IMG/VR virus record: IMGVR_UViG_3300048861_000178
Location: 64,001-128,000 of that record
Strand: one strand, 5' to 3'
DNA: 64,000 nucleotides
Source: a virus
Lineage: Duplodnaviria > Caudoviricetes
Under the pieces are notes generated by a model, which was given only the letters and a program-made list of their open reading frames with translations, was not told where the DNA came from and ran no database searches. Below, one piece after another: positions 37,226 to 46,235 of this stretch. The translations under genes were made by a program, and so were the position numbers. Position 1 is the first letter of the stretch; each line of letters opens with the position of its first letter.

Positions 37226-37804
37226 ATGCAGAAAATCATGTCGCTGTTTCAACGTCTTCGTGAAGCTGATCCCGTTCGGGGTCGTCTCGTCCACGACGTC
37301 GTGACCGAAGGTGCAGAGTGGGTAATTCGCGGTGAAGGTATCGCGACGCGCAAGTGGGACGGCGTAGCGGTCTTGATCAAAGAGGGTGTGGCGTTCATGC
37401 GCTACGATCTCAAGCAAGGTCGCCAAGAGCCGGAAGGCTTTATCCCTGCCCAAGCTGCCCCTGATCCGATTACCGGTCATTGGCCGGGTTGGATTCCTGC
37501 TGTCTGCCTGTCGGGCAAGTGGGTCATGGAGGCGGTGAACAAAGCGAAGCAGTTGTGGGAAGACGGGGTTCCGGATGGTACCTACGAAGCATGTGGTCCG
37601 AAGATTGGTACGCGTCATGGCGCCAATCCCGAAAAGCTCACCGAGCATGTTCTGATTCCGCATGGAAAAGACGTGATCGAGGATTGTCCGCGTGACTTCG
37701 TAGGCCTGAAGGACTATTTGCAAGCTCGCTCGATTGAGGGCATCGTGTGGCATCACGAAGATGGTCGCATGGTGAAAATCAAGAAGGCAGATTTCCCGTA
37801 TTAA
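37226..37804 (+). CDS. DUF5565 / RLIG1 (C12orf29)-like RNA ligase
   Basis: Motif I ATRKWDG, HWPGWIP, DGTYEACGPKI, LIPHG, IEGIVWHH..MVKIK. Confidence 0.8.
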   Translation: MQKIMSLFQRLREADPVRGRLVHDVVTEGAEWVIRGEGIATRKWDGVAVLIKEGVAFMRYDLKQGRQEPEGFIPAQAAPDPITGHWPGWIPAVCLSGKWVMEAVNKAKQLWEDGVPDGTYEACGPKIGTRHGANPEKLTEHVLIPHGKDVIEDCPRDFVGLKDYLQARSIEGIVWHHEDGRMVKIKKADFPY

Positions 37805-37810
37805 AGCCTT

Positions 37811-37847
37811 GCATGGGCCCGGAGGGAAACCTCCGGGCTTTATGCCG
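37811..37847 (+). terminator. Terminator with TATGCCG tail
   Basis: GGGCCCGGAGG-GAAA-CCTCCGGGCTT-TATGCCG. Confidence 0.85.
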
Positions 37848-37885
37848 CTCGTCCATGCTATGTTAATACTAAGCAAGAGGACATC

Positions 37886-40800
37886 ATGAGCTTGATCAAG
37901 ACCAAGCTGGCAGCGCTGGTCAAAATACTCGATCCGACTGGCGAACTGATGCCACAAGAAGCGCCGCAAGAAGTTCAAGAGACTGCGGCACCAACTGAGA
38001 CGACTGAGTCTACCGAGACCCTCAGTGTCGCTGAAGCACCCCCACAAGAACCCGCTGTCGTTGAGCCCGTGGAAGAACCGACCCCCGAACCTGAACCCGC
38101 TCCTGAACCCGAACCAGTGGTCGAAGAACCTGTCGCAACGGTTGAGCCTGAGGTCGAACCTGAACCAACGCCCGAGCCCGACCCAGTAGTGGTCGACGAC
38201 TTCGTCGAACCTGCTCCCGCTCCGAGGATGGCCTTGCGGATGATGGCGGCACCGCATCGAGCACTGAGAGCAACCCCCAGCGCGAGCCCGCTCACCTCCT
38301 CGTTGCAAAGTCTGCAGACTGCCATGACGGACTTTGTGGCGCCGTATAACTCAGCGCTCGTGAATACCAAGGTGCAAGAAGCGCTCACGGCCGACAATGC
38401 GGCTGAACTGAGTGATGCCACGCCTGCTGAAGTGATCACTGCCTTGGAAGCCGATCTGGATGCGCACGCGGCGACGTACGGTCAATCGCACAACGTCACA
38501 CCGCTTCAGGCGGGCACCTATTCGAAGACGCAGGTCGATAGCCAGTTGCAGGGACGGGTAGCCTTTAGTGGCATGCCGCTCACCCGCTATGGGGAGCTCA
38601 GTTATCTTCCGGCTGGAGTATCGGGTTCGTTTGAGGGTGCCACCACCAACATCGCCATTTACGGGGAAGCACGGAACTATCCGGGCATTGTCGAAGACGA
38701 CGGCACCTTTGTGTTCTTGCGCAGTGGCACCAATGGCTCCAAGCAAGGGGTTTACTACGCGTACACGAAAAACGTCTTGGCTGCTACGGATCTGACACCC
38801 ACGCGCACCAACCGCAAGTATGCTCCGGCGTATTTCCCGTCGGGCTCCAGTGCGCGCTATGTGTGTCGCAGTGACATCAATGGCGCCTGTATTTTGGGTC
38901 GGCTGCAAGATGCCAGTAACAATCTCACGGACTGGTTCCTCTCGCTCACCCACGGGACCTTTAACGACGCCAATCACACAGGCTGCGTGATTTCGGCAAG
39001 CAACCTGCCGGGCGTGATTAATAACGCTTATCCGGAAGCGTTCGTCGGTAATGATTCGGTGTTCCTAATCTTCCCCACAGCGGACTTGGCGGATAATACC
39101 GGCCTGCCGGTGGAATACCAGATCTACCAGATTCCTTTGTCATCTATCGGCAATGGCAATACGGTTGTCCCCACTGCACTCACGGGCTGGACGATCAATA
39201 GTTTCTACGGACAGAACATCTCTACCACCAACATGCGTTTTGCCAACGCCTGTGTGGATGTGGCAGCCAATCAACCGCTGGTGATCCGCGACCCGAGTGC
39301 GAACGGCTGCTATATCGTGCCGTTCTACCCGAACCAGTTGGGTCATTGTACCTATAGTGCACAAGGCTCGGATGGCAATGTCCGCACCCGCATCATGGTG
39401 GAGTTCCTGGTGCAAAATCCAGCGACTGGCGAGCAACCGGTGGTCAACATGTTCTACACTTTTGTGTGGAATCCGACGAATCGCACAGGTGGGGTGGAGT
39501 CCGCCTATAAGGGACCGTTGACTGTAGCCGTGAATGGCAGTAATAAGGTTGCGCTCTCAGGTCCTATTCTGCTCGCCGATCGCAGCTCGATTTCCTCAGG
39601 CAACTGGCTCACTGGTGAAACACTCTCCTATCACCCTTCGGGCTACTGGGTGTCGGTGGTGGATCAGAACCAGCCAGATTTGAACTGCTGGGTCACCCGG
39701 TGTAAGTTAAACGCAGGGGCGACGGCGCCGGTGGTGGCGCTTGCCGGTGGGTTGACGGTTACGGGTAAGCTTAACACCGTGTTCACCCCTGCGTATGGGT
39801 CGGCTGTAGGCGGAGGGCTGTTGGGTTCGTTTCAGCTCCCCAGTAACCGAGTGCTGGTGTATGGGGGTGGCAAGAACGCCGCAGGGAGTTTCCAGACTGA
39901 CCTGATCCTGGCTCAAAAGGGCGCAGATGGCTACACCTACAGCTCGCAGAACTTTGGCACGCTGACAGGCTTTGCTCCGAATGCTTACCGGCAGTTTGTC
40001 ACCGACCTCGGGAAGAATCCGGTTAGCTATGCAGGCATGATCAGTGAAATCACTGCTGCTGGTGCCATTACCTGTACGGGGGCTTCGTATATGGAGAACA
40101 TTTCCAATACGGGGTTCACGAACTGTGATAGCAACCTGACACTCACGGGCAATACGTCGATCGCACCGGCGCTGTATGGGTCGATCAAATCCGCCATGCT
40201 GTCTGCACTGGGCGTGGGTGCAGTGGATTCACGTGTCACCATCGTGGTGCCGCAAAATGCTTCGATTCCGCCGTTTGCTGTGCTGAACTGGATTTCGACT
40301 GACGCCGTGGCGAGAGACATGGCGGCCTTGGGAGAACTCTCCATTACCGCAGGCTCTCGGGCAGGGGCGATTACGGGCTTGTCGCTGGTATCGGTGTCAC
40401 CCGCAAAACAGAATTACAGCTTTGCGGGCGCTTTCACGGATAACCAGAATAACTACAAGTACACCTACATGGGCGGGGGTGTGACGATTGTCGAGTGTTC
40501 GGATTGCTGGCTTATCGGCGGGACCTCCAAACACTTCCTGAATCGGGTGATCTTCACGGGCATCTACACGTATCGCTTTGCGGTACCGAAGAGTACGAAC
40601 CGGCCAGACTGGAATCGACTGGTGACCAATCCCGTGTGGGGACAAATCGCTTCGGTCTTTTGGGGTGGGGTACCTGGCAAGGGTTTCGGGGAATTCCAGC
40701 AACTGGTGACGAATTCCGATGACTTGACGAAGCTCACCTTCCGACCCTTTGCGACCAACCTCTCGACCTACGATGCCTGGACCCAGTCCGCGCAAGCCAA

Positions 40801-41197
40801 TTGGTCCGTGCAGGTGTCGCAGGATGTGGCGCAAGGCTGGATTGTTTACTTTACGGACATTCAGCCGCTGATCATGAATGGCGTGTATTACAAGCTGCAA
40901 CCAGCCACGATTGATCTGACCACCATCCAAGCCAACCCGGCGAGCACAACGTTCTACATCTACGTGGTGTTCACCAATGGGACCCCAGCCTACGTGATCC
41001 GCACCACTGATCAGCCCGAGTCGCCGACCGTGCTTTTCATTGGCACGCTGGTCACCAATGCCACGCAGATCAGTGCAATCAACATGCAAAAGGTCACCCG
41101 CTTAGGGAACTATCGAGTCTCAGCCACCCGTGCAGGTGCGGCGATTCCGGTCTCGAGCGGCACGCCTGATGCAGCAGCAGTGCTTGCCTGGAAGTAA
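37886..41197 (+). CDS. Large tail fibre/baseplate virion protein
   Basis: 1103 aa; P/E-rich N-terminus; T/S/G/N-rich body; shares the ADNA..DAHA..H segment and the C-terminal YRVSAT.AG.AI.VS.GTPD..LAW with the 41293 protein. Confidence 0.8.
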   Translation: MSLIKTKLAALVKILDPTGELMPQEAPQEVQETAAPTETTESTETLSVAEAPPQEPAVVEPVEEPTPEPEPAPEPEPVVEEPVATVEPEVEPEPTPEPDPVVVDDFVEPAPAPRMALRMMAAPHRALRATPSASPLTSSLQSLQTAMTDFVAPYNSALVNTKVQEALTADNAAELSDATPAEVITALEADLDAHAATYGQSHNVTPLQAGTYSKTQVDSQLQGRVAFSGMPLTRYGELSYLPAGVSGSFEGATTNIAIYGEARNYPGIVEDDGTFVFLRSGTNGSKQGVYYAYTKNVLAATDLTPTRTNRKYAPAYFPSGSSARYVCRSDINGACILGRLQDASNNLTDWFLSLTHGTFNDANHTGCVISASNLPGVINNAYPEAFVGNDSVFLIFPTADLADNTGLPVEYQIYQIPLSSIGNGNTVVPTALTGWTINSFYGQNISTTNMRFANACVDVAANQPLVIRDPSANGCYIVPFYPNQLGHCTYSAQGSDGNVRTRIMVEFLVQNPATGEQPVVNMFYTFVWNPTNRTGGVESAYKGPLTVAVNGSNKVALSGPILLADRSSISSGNWLTGETLSYHPSGYWVSVVDQNQPDLNCWVTRCKLNAGATAPVVALAGGLTVTGKLNTVFTPAYGSAVGGGLLGSFQLPSNRVLVYGGGKNAAGSFQTDLILAQKGADGYTYSSQNFGTLTGFAPNAYRQFVTDLGKNPVSYAGMISEITAAGAITCTGASYMENISNTGFTNCDSNLTLTGNTSIAPALYGSIKSAMLSALGVGAVDSRVTIVVPQNASIPPFAVLNWISTDAVARDMAALGELSITAGSRAGAITGLSLVSVSPAKQNYSFAGAFTDNQNNYKYTYMGGGVTIVECSDCWLIGGTSKHFLNRVIFTGIYTYRFAVPKSTNRPDWNRLVTNPVWGQIASVFWGGVPGKGFGEFQQLVTNSDDLTKLTFRPFATNLSTYDAWTQSAQANWSVQVSQDVAQGWIVYFTDIQPLIMNGVYYKLQPATIDLTTIQANPASTTFYIYVVFTNGTPAYVIRTTDQPESPTVLFIGTLVTNATQISAINMQKVTRLGNYRVSATRAGAAIPVSSGTPDAAAVLAWK

Positions 41198-41202
41198 GCA
41201 CA

Positions 41203-41243
41203 CATGAGAACCAGGGTACTTCGGTATCCTGGTTTTTATGCTG
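41203..41243 (+). terminator. Terminator
   Basis: CATGAGAACCAGGGTAC-TTCG-GTATCCTGGTTTTTATG. Confidence 0.85.
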
Positions 41244-41292
41244 TCGTTTTAATCGGCAATCTTATAGAAGATCTCTTTACACGGATGTGATC

Positions 41293-41976
41293 ATGGACCT
41301 GAGCGGATTGAACGGCGCGCTGAATACCTTTAGCGATGCAGTAGTAGGTGGGATTAGCCGCAAGGTGCAAACTGCCTTCTCGGCCGATAACGCACTGGCT
41401 CTCAATGGCCAGACCGCCACCCAGTTGACCAACACGGCGAATGCCCATACGGACGCGCACGCCAATAACACCAACAACCCGCACGGTACCACCGCCAGCC
41501 AGATTGGTGCGTATAGCTCGGGCCAGATTGACACGGCTGTCGCCTCACTCTTGCCTTCGGGCATTGTTCCGCTGTCCGCTTTTGGCGATGCGATGGGTAC
41601 GGCGATTCCGGCGACCATCAATACGTCAAACAAGACAGTGAATTTCGCCGCAGGCATTCCGTGTCTGATTGCGGGTCAGGCCTTTACGCTGGGCGCTTAC
41701 AGTCTCGGTTATGCGACCAACGCCACGACGCTTTACTACCTGAAGCTAACGGCCGGAGTGGTCAGCATCATCGCATCATCCACTGTGCTGGCTGAATCCA
41801 ACACCAATATGTACATTGGTAAGATCGTGACGGATGCCTCGGGCAATGTCACCACGAACACGATTGGCCGTGTGGTGCGGGTCGATGTCTATCGGGTGTC
41901 GGCCACGGCGGCGGGCTCTGCGATTGCTGTGTCCAACGGTACTCCTGACCAAAGCGCGAGTCTCGCCTGGTCCTAA
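41293..41976 (+). CDS. Short tail fibre paralogue
   Basis: NNPHGTTASQIG repeat; N- and C-terminal similarity to the 37886 protein. Confidence 0.8.
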   Translation: MDLSGLNGALNTFSDAVVGGISRKVQTAFSADNALALNGQTATQLTNTANAHTDAHANNTNNPHGTTASQIGAYSSGQIDTAVASLLPSGIVPLSAFGDAMGTAIPATINTSNKTVNFAAGIPCLIAGQAFTLGAYSLGYATNATTLYYLKLTAGVVSIIASSTVLAESNTNMYIGKIVTDASGNVTTNTIGRVVRVDVYRVSATAAGSAIAVSNGTPDQSASLAWS

Positions 41977-41996
41977 TTTTATTTTGAGGTTTTCCG

Positions 41997-42497
41997 ATGC
42001 CTTACTACCGCGACGCGAGCGGCAATATTCTGTTTTTCAACTCGATTGCGTTTGCGCACGATCTGCCCGCGGGCGCCACCGTGATCAGCGATGCGGAAGC
42101 GCTTGCGAACACGCCCACGCCCTTGGGTGAAATCCAGAACCTGCAGATCCAGCAAATCGACGACGCCTGTGCCGCTGCAATTGTTAATGGTTTCAATTCC
42201 AACGCACTGGGTGCCACCTTTCACTATCCGGCCAAAAGTACTGACCAGGCGAACCTAGCGGCCGCAGTGCAGCGCTCGATGTTGCCGGGGTTCACCTCGG
42301 TGCTCTTCTGGTGTGCAGACCGTTACGGCAACTGGGCCATGCGGGGTCACAACCAAGCCCAGATCCAGCAAGTCGGCATCGATGGCTTTAACTGGATTAG
42401 CAAGTGCATTGCCCAAAAGGCCCAGCTTGAAGTGCAGGTGATGAGCCTGCAAGATCCAGTGGCCATTGCCAAGATCGTCTGGTCGAACCCGACCTAA
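41997..42497 (+). CDS. DUF4376-like tail fibre assembly protein
   Basis: ACAAAIVNGF.S.ALG..YP..DQANL..WCAD..H..AQIQQVG. Confidence 0.78.
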   Translation: MPYYRDASGNILFFNSIAFAHDLPAGATVISDAEALANTPTPLGEIQNLQIQQIDDACAAAIVNGFNSNALGATFHYPAKSTDQANLAAAVQRSMLPGFTSVLFWCADRYGNWAMRGHNQAQIQQVGIDGFNWISKCIAQKAQLEVQVMSLQDPVAIAKIVWSNPT

Positions 42498-42503
42498 TCG
42501 ATG

Positions 42504-42532
42504 CCCAGGGCTACGGCCCTGGGTCTATGCCG
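42504..42532 (+). terminator. Hairpin with TATGCCG tail
   Basis: CCCAGGGC-TACG-GCCCTGGG-TCTATGCCG. Confidence 0.75.
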
Positions 42533-42597
42533 TTTTTACTTGCGGCAGCCATGATTTGTCTATGGTGGAGTAAGGACCCAGATCAAGGATTCCAGAT

Positions 42598-42625
42598 AAA
42601 ATCAGCCCTATATAACAGGAGTGAG
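42598..42625 (+). promoter_or_regulatory. Putative phage early promoter (TATATAAC)
   Basis: AAAATCAGCCCTATATAACAGGAGTGAG; matches the 26742 site. Confidence 0.65.
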
Positions 42626-42689
42626 AAGGTTGTAGTACACTCTTCTCCTAGGCTTGAATTGATCAACGAAGAAGATAAAGGAGCTGTTT

Positions 42690-44369
42690 GTGATGGCTAA
42701 AGGTCGTGCACTGAAAGAACTGCGTAACATTCACCAATTGTTCACTCCGGCAAAGCCTGAGAAACCTTTTGCGCAACAACTGGCAGAGGCTGAAAATGCA
42801 CCGCCCCCGCCCGAAGACATCGACGTGGCGATGCTTGCACTGATGACCAACTACCGGGGTTGGACAGTAGGCGATGTGCAGCGTTGTTTGGCCAAGCATC
42901 CGGACGCAGATCAGATTCCGGCTCTCATGAACAAGTTCGTCAATGAAGGAAAATTCGAAATCATGACTATTACAGGTCGCCCCGCAACCTATACCCTCAA
43001 GCGCAAACCGGTGGAAACCATCACCAGTGCGCGCAACAAAGCCGCCGCGTTCAAGCTCACTGATCCGGTGGGCACGCGCCAAGCTCCGGACCCCAAGGGC
43101 GTGATCGTCCTCGAAGAAGGTCTGGATGTGGCGATCTGGAAGGTGATGTCTGATAACAAGGCGCGCACCAAGAACGAAATCTGCGCGATGCTGGCCGAGT
43201 ACAAGTTCGATCGCGTGCAGATCAATCGTCGGGTCGATTCGATGATCAACTCGCGTAACTACTTCGACCGTCGCGATGGCGGCTCGGGCGGCATGCGCTA
43301 CTCGATGAAGAAGCACGTGCCGATGCCCAAGCCGCTGAACCAGGTGATCCTGGAAGAGCAAACGGCGCTCGCTCAGATCCGTGACAACCTCACGACCTCC
43401 GCGGCCGAGAGCGAACGCGAAGTGCGTATCCGTGCGATGTACGAATCCAGCGCACAGGGCAACTTCGCGCCGCTGCATTCGGCGTCACGTGAAGTCGGTT
43501 CGATGTTCTCGATCGTCTCCGAGGCGCTCAATGCTGAGCGCGCTGAGAAGGTGGACGGCGCGAGCGTCCTCGCTCAGGAAGAAGCAGGCGCTGAAGATCT
43601 GGCCGCAGTGAATGTTGCTCCGGCTGCACCGCTTAACCCTGTGATCGATCACGCCATCACAATGGCTGAAGACGACCACTTGACGACGCTGATCTGGAAA
43701 GCGATGGCGGACTTTAAGCCTTACAAGTCCGAAGAAGTTCACGTACTCGTGTCGATGTTCCGTCCGACCCAATCGCTTAAGAGCGTGCAGAATAAACTCT
43801 CCGAGCTGGGTATCGAAGGCTGGTTCACGATTACGAAGTCGGGCCGGGCCAACGTCTATACGCTCAAGGAAGGTATCTCCAACCCGAATCTGAAAGTCAA
43901 CGATTTGCGCGCTGCTCAGTACGAAGCACAGCGCGAGTCGTTCAAGGCCGCGGCGCAATCCACCGCACCGAAACAACAAGAACTGCCGGTGCAAACTGAG
44001 CAGAGCGCAGCCCAACCCGAAATCACCGACAACAAGGAAACCGAAGACATGTCTGCCGCAACCAATTCGAAGTACAACACCACCCCGTCGCTCGTGCAAG
44101 TCACCCCGAAGGCTGCGCCGATCGCTGCACCTCTGATCGAGTTGGCCATTCCTATCAAGGGCGAGAAGTTCAGCTTTGCCGAATGCCGTCAGCTCGTCGA
44201 AGAACTGCGCGCGCTCGGCTACGGCCGTGAGTCGGGCGCCGTCTCGCAACTGTCGCTGGTGAATCAACAAGTAACCATCAAGGGCATCGTGTTCGAGAAG
44301 AACGAGCTCGATGACATCGTCAAGGCGCTGATCGCCGAAGGCTTTGGTAGCCACGCGGTCAAGCGTTAA
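42690..44369 (+). CDS. Protein with three winged-helix-like repeats
   Basis: Repeats DVAMLALM..YTLK, DVAIWKVM..YSMK, TTLIWKAM..YTLK; duplicated IKG..F..E..LxAxGxG at the C-terminus. Confidence 0.8.
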   Translation: MMAKGRALKELRNIHQLFTPAKPEKPFAQQLAEAENAPPPPEDIDVAMLALMTNYRGWTVGDVQRCLAKHPDADQIPALMNKFVNEGKFEIMTITGRPATYTLKRKPVETITSARNKAAAFKLTDPVGTRQAPDPKGVIVLEEGLDVAIWKVMSDNKARTKNEICAMLAEYKFDRVQINRRVDSMINSRNYFDRRDGGSGGMRYSMKKHVPMPKPLNQVILEEQTALAQIRDNLTTSAAESEREVRIRAMYESSAQGNFAPLHSASREVGSMFSIVSEALNAERAEKVDGASVLAQEEAGAEDLAAVNVAPAAPLNPVIDHAITMAEDDHLTTLIWKAMADFKPYKSEEVHVLVSMFRPTQSLKSVQNKLSELGIEGWFTITKSGRANVYTLKEGISNPNLKVNDLRAAQYEAQRESFKAAAQSTAPKQQELPVQTEQSAAQPEITDNKETEDMSAATNSKYNTTPSLVQVTPKAAPIAAPLIELAIPIKGEKFSFAECRQLVEELRALGYGRESGAVSQLSLVNQQVTIKGIVFEKNELDDIVKALIAEGFGSHAVKR

Positions 44370-44373
44370 GCAG

Positions 44374-44411
44374 CATACGGCCCGAGGGTTTACCCTCGGG
44401 CGTTTATGACG
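44374..44411 (+). terminator. Terminator
   Basis: GCCCGAGGG-TTTA-CCCTCGGGC-GTTTATGACG. Confidence 0.8.
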
Positions 44412-44434
44412 TCGCTTTCTTTCAGGAGAACGTA

Positions 44435-45172
44435 ATGATTAAGCATCTGTTAGCAGCTGCATTGCTTGTTAGTGTCTCGAGCATGGCGCTCGCAGACGGC
44501 CCGCTCAGCGCCTATGATAGCACTGAGGATCTTGCGCTCGCCCCGAACGAGCGCGTCATCCCCGAAAGCCAGTACAACATCGATGGAGCGCAAGAAGACC
44601 CCGCTGCACCGATGACGGGAACCGCACGAGCCTTCCGCAATGGTCGGATACAAGGCGCGGCAGAACAAAAAGAAAAAGATGCCCAAAGCTATCCGCCCCT
44701 GCCTCCGTTGCCGAAAGGTTACGCAGGCTACCCCCAAGCCGCCCAAGTGGCTGCCATCCCTAAACCTGTTGTGCGTCAAGCGCCAGCGCCCGTCTATGCT
44801 GCGCCCCAACAGCAAGCTGAGGTCGCCTATCAGCCGCAACCGCAACAGTACGTACATGCTGCTCAGCCACCGGTTGTGGTGAACGTCATGCCGCCGGACC
44901 CGCGCTACTACCAACCTGCTACGGACTTTGGTCGTGCACCGAGCTGGCGCAATCGACAAGAAGCCATGGAAGAGTATGGCTACGACCCGTATCCGCCGCC
45001 CGGCTATCAGCCGCCGCCCCGGCCGGTTTATATCGCTCCGCAACCAGTCTATGTACAGCCGGGTTATGTGGTGCGTTCACAGCCACGTTACTACCAACCC
45101 TATCCTGTTTATCGCGACAGCGGTTACGCGGTCATTCGGGGTCGGGGCTGGTCGGTGGGGACAGGATGGTAA
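44435..45172 (+). CDS. Exported Pro/Tyr/Gln-rich protein
   Basis: Signal peptide ending ALA; low-complexity P/Q/Y tracts. Confidence 0.8.
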   Translation: MIKHLLAAALLVSVSSMALADGPLSAYDSTEDLALAPNERVIPESQYNIDGAQEDPAAPMTGTARAFRNGRIQGAAEQKEKDAQSYPPLPPLPKGYAGYPQAAQVAAIPKPVVRQAPAPVYAAPQQQAEVAYQPQPQQYVHAAQPPVVVNVMPPDPRYYQPATDFGRAPSWRNRQEAMEEYGYDPYPPPGYQPPPRPVYIAPQPVYVQPGYVVRSQPRYYQPYPVYRDSGYAVIRGRGWSVGTGW

Positions 45173-45197
45173 AATTAACGTAGTGGCATCATCGAGT

Positions 45198-45301
45198 GAG
45201 TACTGTTCCATGAACGGGGGGAGGGCACAGACCGTTGTGCTCGCAAGCGACACACGCTCTGCTAAGAGTTAGTCCTCTCCTCGTTCAAAAATCGACGATG
45301 C
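45198..45301 (+). ncRNA. Candidate structured RNA or leader
   Basis: 16-bp stem 45211-45226/45272-45287 with three G-U pairs enclosing two small hairpins; promoter motif at 45175-45198. Confidence 0.5.
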
Positions 45302-45304
45302 GTA

Positions 45305-45403
45305 ATGAGTAAACTGAAAATAACAAAAGCCGATCTTATTTTTGCACTCTTGTGTCTGGGTGCATTAATAGGAGGTATGATAAGTGGCTATTATAGCCCA
45401 TAA
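45305..45403 (+). CDS. Small single-TM peptide (32 aa, not in ORF track)
   Basis: MSKLKITKADLIFALLCLGALIGGMISGYYSP; no clear SD. Confidence 0.45.
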   Translation: MSKLKITKADLIFALLCLGALIGGMISGYYSP

Positions 45404-45413
45404 GAGGAATGAA

Positions 45414-46109
45414 ATGAACAATGCACCGACCTGGGTGAAGAAGATTACCTTTGAACTCCGCCACCCGGCGTATAAGGACAATAAGCTCGTGCGGACGCTC
45501 GTCGTGTCCGACACGCTGCACGTGCCAGAGGGAATGCTGACACCGTCGATGGACAGTCTCGGGCTGGTGGATTTTGACTACCGTGATCCGGGGGATTACG
45601 ACAAGATCCGTGAGCTCATCATCAAAGAAGTGATCCGCTCCAAGATCGATGGTTTGCCACCGCATGCCGTCTCAGATGTGATTCGGGTGACCAAGGAAAG
45701 CACCTTCCAGATCGTCACCACAGCAACTGAGCGCATCGCAGGCAAACCCACGAGACGCTTTGGGATCAAGCTCACACTGGAAGGACGCGAAAACGAGTCC
45801 CTCTGGTACGGCGGTAGTGACATGCCGGTCTACCATTTTGTCGGGGGAGAGTGGTCAGGCGTGGGTGACCCGATGTTCGACGCGCATTGCTGCTGGGTGA
45901 GCAAGCTCGTCGCGACGCAGAAGGCCGAGGAAATTCTGCGGGAGTGGAAGCGCATGGGTTTTAACCAGGCGCCGATTAAAACCGATGTCCAGGAACTGTG
46001 CTACGCCAAGCAAACCATTCAACTGGTGAGCGAAGTGCGGCGCGATGCGCTGGCGGGCGGCGTGACCGCCTTCGGTTCGCATGCATTGGCGGAATTGGAC
46101 TCGCACTAA
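45414..46109 (+). CDS. Hypothetical protein
   Basis: GAGGA RBS, ATG at 45414. Confidence 0.75.
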   Translation: MNNAPTWVKKITFELRHPAYKDNKLVRTLVVSDTLHVPEGMLTPSMDSLGLVDFDYRDPGDYDKIRELIIKEVIRSKIDGLPPHAVSDVIRVTKESTFQIVTTATERIAGKPTRRFGIKLTLEGRENESLWYGGSDMPVYHFVGGEWSGVGDPMFDAHCCWVSKLVATQKAEEILREWKRMGFNQAPIKTDVQELCYAKQTIQLVSEVRRDALAGGVTAFGSHALAELDSH

Positions 46110-46115
46110 GGTGCA

Positions 46116-46163
46116 TCGGGAGCCCGACGGGCTCCCGACTCGTCCGCTTCCTTTTTCTTTTCT
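46116..46163 (+). terminator. Hairpin followed by T-rich tract
   Basis: TCGGGAGCCC-GAC-GGGCTCCCGA. Confidence 0.6.
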
Positions 46164-46173
46164 ATTGAAGGAC

Positions 46174-46198
46174 AAAATAAACATATATCATCAAGTAG
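46174..46198 (+). promoter_or_regulatory. Possible early promoter variant
   Basis: AAAATAAACATATATCATCAAGTAG. Confidence 0.4.
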
Positions 46199-46235
46199 CA
46201 ATGCAACCGAGGTCGTTAACTTTGGAGGAAGTATT

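Noticed and set aside
37174-37250. tRNA gene on the minus strand
   Set aside because: Only the T-loop to CCA is present; the 5' T-stem strand does not pair and there is no D arm or anticodon arm
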